A stretch of DNA of 15,743 bases from Candidatus Dadabacteria bacterium. Its GTDB lineage: Bacteria > Desulfobacterota_D > UBA1144 > Nemesobacterales > CSP1-2. The stretch spans positions 33,337 through 49,079 of the forward strand of contig PSLL01000016.1 of NCBI GenBank assembly GCA_040289575.1. Direction: 5' to 3'. A program made the translations under genes and the position numbers. This document shows, piece by piece, positions 8,273 through 15,743 of the stretch (within the stretch, counting starts at the first letter, position 1; every line of letters starts with the position of its first letter). The notes beneath the pieces are model-generated. The model did no database searches and was not told the DNA's origin. It worked only from the letters and a program-made list of their open reading frames with translations.

Positions 8273-9628
8273 TCATGCCACTAAGGCCTGTGGATAAGGT
8301 TTTAGAACACCAAATTCCCTTCCTACCTTCTCCATGACCTCGAGGGTTCTATCCAAATCCTCCTGTGTATGGGTTGCCATAATGGTTAATCTGAATCGGC
8401 TCTCCCCTTTCGGCACAGCCGGATATGGAATGGCATTTAAGTAAATGCCCTCTTCGTGTATCCTCTTACTCATTTTTCTAAGGGTCAAATCATCGCCAAT
8501 AATAACCGGAATTACGGCCGACTCGGAGTTCCTAGTATCGAAACCCATGTATCTCAGGTTCTCCTTCATATATCTTATATTCTTCCATAGATTTTGATGT
8601 AGCTTTGGTTCATTTTCCATAACTTCAATAGCAGCCAGAACCGAAGCCGCAACCACAGGCGGCAGATTTGAGGAAAAGAAGAATGACCTTGTGTAATATC
8701 TCAGGTAATTGACAACCTCACGAGAAGAGGCAATGAATCCACCTATCCCACCCAGGGCTTTACTTAACGTACCCGCCACTATGTCTATTTTGCCCTCCAT
8801 TTTAAAATGGCTGGGTGTTCCCCTGCCATTCTCTCCAATAACTCCGGTCGCATGGGCTTCGTCTATCATGACCTTCGCATCGTATTCATGGGCAACCTCT
8901 AAAATCTCAGGGAGAGGCGCAATGTCGCCATCCATACTGTATACGCCGTCAACCACTATGAGTTTCCCATTATACTGATTCTTAGCCCTTTCCAATACCC
9001 CATTTAGGCTCATGACATCGGAATGCTTAAATGTTCTAAGAACGCCTCCACTGAGCATACAGCCATCTATGATGCTTGCGTGGGCAAGCCTATCAATTAT
9101 TGCAACGTCCCCCCTTTTTACCAAAGCCTGGATGCAGCCGAGATTGGTTACATAGCCACTACTAAACACAATGGCATCCTCGCATCCCTTTAATTTGGCT
9201 AACTTAAGCTCAAGCTCCCTGTGTATATCATATGTACCGGCAAGGAGGGGCACCGAACCGGCACCAACACCATACTTCTCTATTGCCACTCTAGCCGCCT
9301 CGATCACCTTTGGGTGGGAAGTGAGACCGAGATAATTATTACTTCCCATCATAATCATCTCTTTCACCCTTCCTGTTGTTCCATCCCTAACTAACACCCG
9401 ATTTTTACAAGCCGAAGCCAAAGGCCTTCTATATGTACCAAAACCCTTCCGGTTTATATCCTCCATAAACTTCCAAAAGACCTTAGCCTTTGCGAATAAA
9501 TCCTTATCCGGAAATTCCACAAAATCAGCCAGACTATAATTATCAGAGTTTATCCCTACTCTAGAGCATTCTTCCGAGTATTCCTCAACCGGGGAAAAAT
9601 CTGGTACATTTTCTACTAAGCTTTCCAT
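8273..9628 (-). CDS. PLP-dependent alpha-oxoamine synthase (serine palmitoyltransferase / BioF / Kbl / CqsA family); SPT-like by context
   Basis: GSNNYLGL, HASIIDG, DGVYSMDGD, DEAH, PLP-lysine motif GTLSKA and YPAVP....RFR; N-terminal extension; SD AAGGAG. Substrate specificity cannot be read from these motifs. Confidence 0.9.
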   Translation of the reverse strand: MESLVENVPDFSPVEEYSEECSRVGINSDNYSLADFVEFPDKDLFAKAKVFWKFMEDINRKGFGTYRRPLASACKNRVLVRDGTTGRVKEMIMMGSNNYLGLTSHPKVIEAARVAIEKYGVGAGSVPLLAGTYDIHRELELKLAKLKGCEDAIVFSSGYVTNLGCIQALVKRGDVAIIDRLAHASIIDGCMLSGGVLRTFKHSDVMSLNGVLERAKNQYNGKLIVVDGVYSMDGDIAPLPEILEVAHEYDAKVMIDEAHATGVIGENGRGTPSHFKMEGKIDIVAGTLSKALGGIGGFIASSREVVNYLRYYTRSFFFSSNLPPVVAASVLAAIEVMENEPKLHQNLWKNIRYMKENLRYMGFDTRNSESAVIPVIIGDDLTLRKMSKRIHEEGIYLNAIPYPAVPKGESRFRLTIMATHTQEDLDRTLEVMEKVGREFGVLKPYPQALVA

Positions 9629-9726
9629 GGCTTTCTCCTTCTGCCCTAGACGTGGATTTAAGGGTCTTAGGAGGAAAGAAAATCCTCTAGTAGGGACAGA
9701 ATTGAGAGATAAGAATAGATGGTAAA

Positions 9727-9876
9727 AACCCTACTTCGGCAACCCGGCCACCATATTCACCGTTGATCTCTGGCTCTATCAAATATAAAAGGCACATTGT
9801 ATCCTCAACAATGAACTTAGGTCCGAGGCTTTGCGTCCCATCCTTTCGAACGGTTCGCCCTTATCGCCCAGGGCTA
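9727..9876 (-). promoter_or_regulatory. Cyclic di-GMP-I (GEMM-I) riboswitch aptamer in the 5' UTR of the alpha-oxoamine synthase gene
   Basis: Minus strand CGAUAAGGGCGAACCGUUC-GAAA-GGAUGGGACGCAAAGCCUCGGACCUAAG...UAUGGUGGCCGGGUUGCCGAAG: GAAA tetraloop stem, canonical 11-nt receptor CCUAAG/UAUGG, GGGACGCAAAGC junction, closing P1 AGCCCUG/UAGGGUU. Positions equivalent to Vc2 G20/A47/C92 are G9859/A9832/C9739. Confidence 0.93.
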
Positions 9877-9890
9877 TTGACTTACTTACG

Positions 9891-9919
9891 ATTCTATATC
9901 ATACTTTTTGCCCCTGCAA
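9891..9919 (-). promoter_or_regulatory. Putative sigma70 promoter driving the riboswitch-containing transcript
   Basis: Minus strand TTGCAG (9919-9914), 17-nt spacer, TAGAAT (9896-9891). The predicted start near 9884 lies just upstream of the aptamer. Confidence 0.7.
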
Positions 9920-10038
9920 TACCCTTTTTTTAGGCAGTGTATTTTAACAAACCGATCTTCCTACCCTCTGTTGCAAGACGAAGCGTATATGATCCAAGGG
10001 ACACCTATCAAATTAGAATCTTATGCCATTAGAAATAG

Positions 10039-11109
10039 CTAAATCCTTACTACCCTTGTCATAAGTAGATGATCTACCAAAACTAGATTTACCATCGCTT
10101 CGGCAATTGGAACCGCTCTTGGACAAAGGCAAGGGTCATGTCTGCCCTTCACCACAAGCTCTTTGAGTCTGCCGAATCTGTCTACCGTCTCTTGAGTTTT
10201 TGGAATTGAAGAAGTGGGTTTTATCGCAATCCTGATAACCAAGTCCTCGCCGTTTGTAATTCCGCCTAGGATTCCACCTGCATTATTTGTCTTAAATCTG
10301 AGCCTCCCAGAATCATCCACGTACATTACATCATTGACCTCGGAGCCCCTCCGCCTTGAAACACCAAACCCCATTCCTATCTCAACTCCCCTTATACCGC
10401 CTATACTCATTAGAGCCTGAGCAAGGTCTGCGTCAATCTTATTGAAAACAGGATCGCCGAGACCCGGGGGAACACCGGCTGAGACAACCTCAACTATCCC
10501 CCCGATTGAATCCCCATCACGCCTTACCTCTTCAATCAGATTTATCATCTCCTGGGCTTTCTGAGGGTCAGGGCATCTCACAGGGTTATTTTCAATTTCA
10601 TTGAAATCTATACGCTCAGCCACAATGTCGCCGATTTGGCGCACATAACCTATAGTTCTTATACCATTCATACTCAGGATCTTCTTTCCTATAGCAGCCG
10701 CGGCAACCCGTCCAGCCGTTTCCCTTGCCGAAGACCTCCCGCCGCCCCTGTAGTCCCTTATTCCATATTTAATATCGTATGTATAATCGGCATGGCCGGG
10801 GCGATATGTGTCCTTTATGTCTTCGTATGATTTAGAAATCACATCCAAGTTCTTGATTAAGAGTGAAATCGGGGTCCCCAGTGTCTTTCCTTCAAATACG
10901 CCTGAGAGTATTTCCACCTTGTCTGGCTCTTTTCTCTGTGTGGTCAGCCTGCTCTGGCCGGGGCGGCGTCTATCGAGTTCATACTGAATGTCCTCCTCAG
11001 AAACCTCAAGCCCCGCAGGACAACCGTCTATTACAACTCCGATTGCGGGGCCATGGGACTCTCCCCATGTAGTTATACGAAAGAGACGACCAAAGGAATT
11101 TCCAGGCAT
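10039..11109 (-). CDS. aroC: Chorismate synthase
   Basis: [41 protein letters not shown] and GRHDPC signatures. Confidence 0.98.
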   Translation of the reverse strand: MPGNSFGRLFRITTWGESHGPAIGVVIDGCPAGLEVSEEDIQYELDRRRPGQSRLTTQRKEPDKVEILSGVFEGKTLGTPISLLIKNLDVISKSYEDIKDTYRPGHADYTYDIKYGIRDYRGGGRSSARETAGRVAAAAIGKKILSMNGIRTIGYVRQIGDIVAERIDFNEIENNPVRCPDPQKAQEMINLIEEVRRDGDSIGGIVEVVSAGVPPGLGDPVFNKIDADLAQALMSIGGIRGVEIGMGFGVSRRRGSEVNDVMYVDDSGRLRFKTNNAGGILGGITNGEDLVIRIAIKPTSSIPKTQETVDRFGRLKELVVKGRHDPCLCPRAVPIAEAMVNLVLVDHLLMTRVVRI

Positions 11110-11235
11110 AATGAGATTTTATATTAATAAAAAAGATGTTGCAAATTTAAGGAATTCTGTACCGCTAAAATGCTATTATTATCAAAGCAGAGAAAGGAAG
11201 GACTTCAAGTACTAAGATGAATAAAAACCGTCAAT

Positions 11236-11391
11236 TTAGAATTTGATAAGGGGATAGGGAAGAGCTCGGAAAAACGGTATCATATGGGGACCAAATAGGG
11301 CCACAGATGCCACTGTGAGTATAAACCCTAAAACCCCAATAGCGTAGACGGCAACAAAGACTTGGGTAATTTTATTTAAATTCTCTTCCAT
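11236..11391 (-). CDS. Small 51-aa single-pass membrane protein ending the ACIII operon (MEENLNKITQVFVAVYAIGVLGFILTVASVALFGPHMIPFFRALPYPLIKF)
   Basis: Manual translation (not in the ORF track). ATG 2 nt after the actF stop, GGAGG SD 9 nt upstream within the actF 3' end, one clear hydrophobic helix. Confidence 0.75.
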   Translation of the reverse strand: MEENLNKITQVFVAVYAIGVLGFILTVASVALFGPHMIPFFRALPYPLIKF

Positions 11392-11393
11392 AA

Positions 11394-12644
11394 TCAGTGT
11401 CCTCCAGAGTGATGTGAACCGATTTTACCACTAAAGAGCGGATCTCCTATAGGCAGAACTGGAAAGGTTCTTATAAAAAGCAAAAATGTCAATATGAATG
11501 CAGAAAGGAAACCGATTGTTATAAGGATCTGCACCCAGCCGAAATGAATTTGGGAAAAGAGAGAAGGCGTAACTAGAACGAACTTCTCTAACCAGAGACC
11601 GCAGAAATAGACAGTAGCTATGAATGCAAGTATAGGAGTGATAATCTTATTCGTCTTTGGAAGGAGTGTAACAAGAGGGAAAAAGAAACAGCAGGAGATT
11701 ACAAGCCAAGCAAGGGTCTTAAACGGTGGCTCCTGCACACGCTTAATCACAAACCCTACCTCTTCGGGCAGACTCGCATACCAAATAACTAAAAACTGAG
11801 AAAAGAACATGTAGACCCAAAAGAGTGAGAACCCGAAAAGGAGCCTTCCTAGGTCGTGGAATTGGGATTTCGTTATGTAGTCCTGGAGGTTGAGATACTT
11901 CCGAACCATTACAGAAAGGATAATCGTCGCACAAAGCCCACTTATAAAACAGGCAACAAAGTAATAAATCCCGAATAGTGTGCTATACCAGTGAGGATTA
12001 AGCGACATCATGAAGTCAAAAGCAAAAAGGCTAAAAACAGCCGCATAGATGAGGACAATTGCGGGTGCAAGCCTGAGTATCCTATTCCAGCACCTTACCT
12101 TTTCTTCTTCCCCACGCCAGCCTGAAGCTATCCAGCCTCTTATCCCCGAACTCTCGCCACTACCCCCCAGGTCCTGCCTAAGAGAATAATAGAGATAAGT
12201 AAGGCTAAGAATGGAGAGAATAAATAGTCCAATCACATCTCTGCCAAAGACAAAATAGATATTGAGCCACAGGTCCTTAGGATGAGGATAAGGATGCGTG
12301 GCATAAGGGAGGATATGGTCTTTCCCAATAAAGAGGATAAGAAGTAGAACAAAGGATATAGGTATAAATGAACCAAGGGCCTCGGCGATTCTTAAAACAG
12401 GCCTCCCCCATTTTCCTGATGTTATACGAAAGGCGCAAGATACGATGATTCCACCCTGAGCAACACCAGCCCAGAAGAGAAAATTCACGAGATAAATCTG
12501 CCAGGCTTCCTTGGCATTAGAACTCATAGTCTGAGATACGAACGTAGCAGCTCCTAAAACAAGGAGCGCCAGAAGGATAAGGATGAGCAGATTTGGGATC
12601 CGTATAGGTCTTGAGAGGATTTCTTCTCTTACTTTTTCATCCAT
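11394..12644 (-). CDS. actF: Alternative complex III membrane subunit ActF
   Basis: Polytopic NrfD-like protein with W...VLRIAEA, FDFMMSLNPHWYSTLFG, HDLGRLLFGFSLFWVYMFFSQFLVIWY..LPEE; follows actE. Confidence 0.9.
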   Translation of the reverse strand: MDEKVREEILSRPIRIPNLLILILLALLVLGAATFVSQTMSSNAKEAWQIYLVNFLFWAGVAQGGIIVSCAFRITSGKWGRPVLRIAEALGSFIPISFVLLLILFIGKDHILPYATHPYPHPKDLWLNIYFVFGRDVIGLFILSILSLTYLYYSLRQDLGGSGESSGIRGWIASGWRGEEEKVRCWNRILRLAPAIVLIYAAVFSLFAFDFMMSLNPHWYSTLFGIYYFVACFISGLCATIILSVMVRKYLNLQDYITKSQFHDLGRLLFGFSLFWVYMFFSQFLVIWYASLPEEVGFVIKRVQEPPFKTLAWLVISCCFFFPLVTLLPKTNKIITPILAFIATVYFCGLWLEKFVLVTPSLFSQIHFGWVQILITIGFLSAFILTFLLFIRTFPVLPIGDPLFSGKIGSHHSGGH

Positions 12645-12646
12645 TT

Positions 12647-13186
12647 TTATTTATCCTTAATAATATTGATTTTCCCCTGAAGCTTTCTTACATAATTCAC
12701 AATGTTCCAAGCCTCATCCGACGACACATTTTCGCTGTAGCTCGGCATCATCACTTTTCCTCCGTACCTGATATAAGCGTATATATATCCATCCGTTCTG
12801 GCTTGAGTCTGAGAAGCAGTAAGATTAACAGGATAGAATCCCTTCTTTATAACCGGTCCGTCCCCCTTCCCTCCTATTCCATGACAGGGAGAACAGTTAT
12901 TTTCAAACAGTTTTTCGCCCTTTTGCAAAGAAGCTTCGGTCGGCGGAATTGGGTTTTCGGTTATTGATTCAAAGTTTCCTCTCGTCATTTCGGTTTGCTT
13001 TATACTCTGGTTCTCAGAAACCGACTTCTTCGGATACGGAATGGGTTCTTCATATGGCCAGATTGAAGGCTGTTTCCACATATCATGAGACCAGGGCCAG
13101 CCAAAGACATTGCCTGTTCCAAATATAGTTAAGATCAAGATGATGAAAGGTAGAAAATAGATTTTTAACCCTTTGACCAAATTCAA
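12647..13186 (-). CDS. actE: Alternative complex III monoheme cytochrome c subunit ActE
   Basis: Single CSPCH heme motif, DM..QP N-terminal motif, NPIP, DGYIY..IRYG..MMPSY (distal Met), WNIVNYVRKLQ; TTG start with strong SD GAGGAGG. Confidence 0.88.
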   Translation of the reverse strand: MNLVKGLKIYFLPFIILILTIFGTGNVFGWPWSHDMWKQPSIWPYEEPIPYPKKSVSENQSIKQTEMTRGNFESITENPIPPTEASLQKGEKLFENNCSPCHGIGGKGDGPVIKKGFYPVNLTASQTQARTDGYIYAYIRYGGKVMMPSYSENVSSDEAWNIVNYVRKLQGKINIIKDK

Positions 13187-13242
13187 CTTACCTCCTCGAA
13201 ATCAAGATAGGGGATAAAATACATCTCCCATCGTGCATCATA

Positions 13243-13755
13243 TTAAACTCCCTCAAAACGCACCTCTTCGGCTCCAGAGAACCTTAGTATCTCCTCTACC
13301 TTTTTTATATCCTCTTTTGAACACACGGTTGCTACTCCAAACTTATCTACAGAAAATCTTGGATCATACATGGCTCTGGGAGCATTACGCCTTAAGCGTG
13401 AGTTAATGAGAAGACCAAAGACGGTTGAAAGAGATCCCAAAAGAACCGTAAGCTCAAAGACAATGACCATATAGGGGGGAAGGGACACTATGGGTTTTGC
13501 GCTTGTCCTTATAGGCCAGTCCAAAGAGGTGAGGACTGTAAATGTAAGACCACAGAGCGCCCCCAGAGTCCCTCCGGTCAGGGTAAAAAAGCGCACTATA
13601 CTCTCAGAGCCCTTTAGTGCATCCTCAATCTCGTGATTGGGAAATGGAGAGAACACCCGTAAATTCCCGTAGCCCTCTTCTCTTAGCCTCTTTATTGCAT
13701 CAACGGTCGAATCAACATATGAAAAAACCCCGACTATAGTCTGATCTATCTTCAT
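13243..13755 (-). CDS. actD: Alternative complex III subunit ActD (DUF3341)
   Basis: FSPFP.H, two TM helices, DWPI....KP, VIVFELTVL, YDPRFS.DKF, GAEEV; ATGA overlap with the actC stop. Confidence 0.9.
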   Translation of the reverse strand: MKIDQTIVGVFSYVDSTVDAIKRLREEGYGNLRVFSPFPNHEIEDALKGSESIVRFFTLTGGTLGALCGLTFTVLTSLDWPIRTSAKPIVSLPPYMVIVFELTVLLGSLSTVFGLLINSRLRRNAPRAMYDPRFSVDKFGVATVCSKEDIKKVEEILRFSGAEEVRFEGV

Positions 13756-15116
13756 CGCACCTTTGCCTCCTTATTAGGGGCAGGCAAAATCTCCTTTATC
13801 TCGGCAATTGAAAGCGCAGGAAGTGTCTTGATAAAAAGGAGAAAGAACATAAAGAACCAAGCAAAGGCTCCTGCCGTAATCCCAAGCTCAACCCAAGATA
13901 CCCTATAGATACCCCAGGCGCCTGGCTCAAATTCATGGGAGAGGGAAATCACTATAATGTTAAACCTCTCAAACCACATTCCAATGTTTATAAAAAGGGA
14001 TATTATAAATAGCGCTTTTATATTCGTCCGAATCTTTTTAAACCAGAGAAGTATGGGAATGACAGAATTACAGAAAACCATAATCCAGAAAAATGGAGCG
14101 TAAGGGCCCTTAGCTCTAAATACGGTCTGTCCCCACTCGGGAGGGCTTCCGCTGTACCAAGATATAAAGGGTTCTACTATATACGCATACGTAACGATAA
14201 GTCCGGTAAGAATGATGAGCTTTGCCATACCCTCGAAGTTCGCGACGGTTATATATTCCTCGAGGTGAAAGATCTTTCGAATCGGCACGGCAAGCGTAAT
14301 CACCAATGCAAGCCCAGAGAAGATAGCCCCGGCGACAAAATACGGAGCAAATATCGTTGTATGCCACCCTGGAACATCTGCCATAGCAAAGTCCCATGAC
14401 ACAACGCTATGGACTGAAAGAACAAGGGGAGTCGCAAATGCGGCAAGGTAGAAGTAAGCCCTCGTATAATGACTCCACTCCCAGCTTGAGCCCTTCCATC
14501 CGAGAGACAAGATGGTGTATATTATCTTTCGTGGAACCTCTTTTACTCTGTCCCTTATCGCTGCAATATCGGGAATCATACCTACATAAAAGAAGATACT
14601 ACTTACGGTTAAATAAGTACTTACGGCAAATACGTCCCAAATAAGAGGAGAACGGAAGTTTATCCAGAGTCCGCGCTGATTCGGATATGGGATAAGCCAG
14701 TAAAAATTCCATGGCCTTCCAAGGTGTATAAGGGGAAAGAGGCCCGCCGTGAGCACTGCAAATACAGTCATTGCCTCAGAAATCCGGTATATAGACATCC
14801 TAAATCTCGCCCTAAATAGAAAGAGAATGGCAGAGATGAGCGTCCCCGAGTGCGCAATTCCAACCCAGAAAACAAAGTTTGTGATGTATACCGCCCAAAA
14901 AACGGGATGCCTGTATCCGGTAACCCCCAGACCCATATAGATCTGATACATCCAGCAGAAGATTCCAAAGGCAAGGACGGCAAGGTCAAATACAAAAAGA
15001 GAGAGCCACTTGATTGTGGGCTTATCGAGCATCCGGATTACAGATTCATTTACCTTTGAGTATGTTACAGTTGGTTCGATTATGGTTGTTTCACGTATAG
15101 TTGTTTCGTGGTCCAT
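13752..15116 (-). CDS. actC: Alternative complex III quinol-binding membrane subunit ActC (NrfD/PsrC family)
   Basis: YITNFVFWVGIAHSGTLISAIL, HLGRPW, NFRSPLIWDVFAVSTY, VLSVHSVVSWDFA, GWHTTIFAPYFVAGAIFSG, GMWFERF; TAATG overlap with actB. Confidence 0.95.
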   Translation of the reverse strand: MDHETTIRETTIIEPTVTYSKVNESVIRMLDKPTIKWLSLFVFDLAVLAFGIFCWMYQIYMGLGVTGYRHPVFWAVYITNFVFWVGIAHSGTLISAILFLFRARFRMSIYRISEAMTVFAVLTAGLFPLIHLGRPWNFYWLIPYPNQRGLWINFRSPLIWDVFAVSTYLTVSSIFFYVGMIPDIAAIRDRVKEVPRKIIYTILSLGWKGSSWEWSHYTRAYFYLAAFATPLVLSVHSVVSWDFAMADVPGWHTTIFAPYFVAGAIFSGLALVITLAVPIRKIFHLEEYITVANFEGMAKLIILTGLIVTYAYIVEPFISWYSGSPPEWGQTVFRAKGPYAPFFWIMVFCNSVIPILLWFKKIRTNIKALFIISLFINIGMWFERFNIIVISLSHEFEPGAWGIYRVSWVELGITAGAFAWFFMFFLLFIKTLPALSIAEIKEILPAPNKEAKVR

Positions 15117-15742
15117 TATACTTTATCCCATTTTACCTTTTTTAGATATGTAATTGAGGGGTGCGTATTTAGATCTGAAAGAACGCCGTAACCCCTTTCA
15201 TCCTTTGAAAGACGGGAGACCTCGCTTTCTGGGTCTTTTAGGTCTCCAAAGACAATTGCCTTTGTAGGGCAGGTCTGAGCGCAGGCAGGTATTATCTCAC
15301 CGTCCCTCACATCTCGTCCTTCGTCCTTTGCCCTATCCTCTCCAAAACGAATTCTCTGCACACAGAACGTGCATTTCTCCATAACTCCTTTGCTTCTTAC
15401 AGTAACATCGGGATTCAATTGCCAGTTAAGAGGCACAGGCCATCTGTATGTAAACCAGTTAAACCGCCTGACCTTGTATACACAGTTATTTGAGCAGTAC
15501 CTTGTCCCGACGCATCGGTTATAAACCATTACGTTAAGACCCTCGGGATTATGGTACGTCGCATAAACCGGACAAACAGGCTCGCACGGAGCGTTATCGC
15601 AGTGCTGACAGAGCATCGGAATAAATCTCATATTGGAATCATTTTGATTCTCTTCCTCAAAGTACCTCTCAATTCTAATCCATGACATCTCACGCCTCTT
15701 ACCAATCTGCTCCTTACCAACCACAGAAATGTTATTTTCAGC
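15116..15742 (-). CDS. actB: Alternative complex III iron-sulfur subunit ActB, C-terminal part (gene starts outside the window)
   Basis: Frame is open to the window edge (AENNISVVGKEQ...REMSWIRIERY); CQHCDNAPCEPVCP, CVGTRYCSNNC, EKCTFC and PACAQTCP Fe-S motifs. Confidence 0.93.
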   Translation of the reverse strand, partial: AENNISVVGKEQIGKRREMSWIRIERYFEEENQNDSNMRFIPMLCQHCDNAPCEPVCPVYATYHNPEGLNVMVYNRCVGTRYCSNNCVYKVRRFNWFTYRWPVPLNWQLNPDVTVRSKGVMEKCTFCVQRIRFGEDRAKDEGRDVRDGEIIPACAQTCPTKAIVFGDLKDPESEVSRLSKDERGYGVLSDLNTHPSITYLKKVKWDKV

Positions 15743-15743
15743 A

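Noticed and set aside
8273..9628. Calling the synthase bioF, kbl or cqsA
   Set aside because: No biotin or threonine-catabolism genes are nearby and the motifs do not discriminate among family members, so no symbol was assigned.
9727..9876. c-AMP-GMP (GEMM-Ib) specificity for the riboswitch
   Set aside because: The position-20 equivalent (9859) is G, not A, which favours c-di-GMP; only a binding assay can fully exclude it.
6181..11224. Identical 12-mer TAAGATGAATAA at 6181-6192 and 11213-11224, both intergenic
   Set aside because: One AT-rich 12-mer match is plausible by chance in a window this size and has no other support.
11206..11234. Possible aroC promoter TTGACG-17-TACTTG on the minus strand
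   Set aside because: Good -35 but poor -10; not enough to call.
118..15059. Numerous short + strand ORFs and alternative-frame minus-strand ORFs in the track (e.g. 6914..7345, 12611..12967, 14116..14397)
   Set aside because: They overlap well-supported minus-strand genes and show no recognisable motifs; they are shadow ORFs.
15116..15724. ORF-track start of ActB at GTG 15724
   Set aside because: The frame remains open to the window edge with conserved AENNI residues, so the real start is outside the window.
1..15743. CRISPR arrays, tRNA/rRNA genes, IS elements or integrases
   Set aside because: I saw no regularly spaced repeats, cloverleaf motifs, transposase motifs or terminal repeats, so the accessory block cannot be called a mobile element.

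Overview
All credible genes in this 15.7 kb bacterial window lie on the minus strand. Reading right to left: (1) the 3' part of an alternative complex III (ACIII) operon (actB partial, actC, actD, actE, actF), followed by an unannotated 51-aa single-TM ORF that looks like an extra ACIII subunit; (2) aroC; (3) an accessory block with a sigma70-like promoter, a class I cyclic-di-GMP riboswitch carrying an unusually long P3 extension, a PLP-dependent alpha-oxoamine synthase (serine palmitoyltransferase/BioF/CqsA family), a predicted outer-membrane beta-barrel, a YghO/bacterial ceramide synthase-like GNAT, a PDZ/multi-TM/GAF sensor histidine kinase and a REC-PAS-HK-REC hybrid kinase; (4) a truncated DUF255/YyaL-type gene. 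The accessory block is the most interesting part: a candidate c-di-GMP-controlled sphingolipid/amino-lipid synthesis module physically linked to a membrane sensor. All family calls come from motif recognition by eye; no searches were run.
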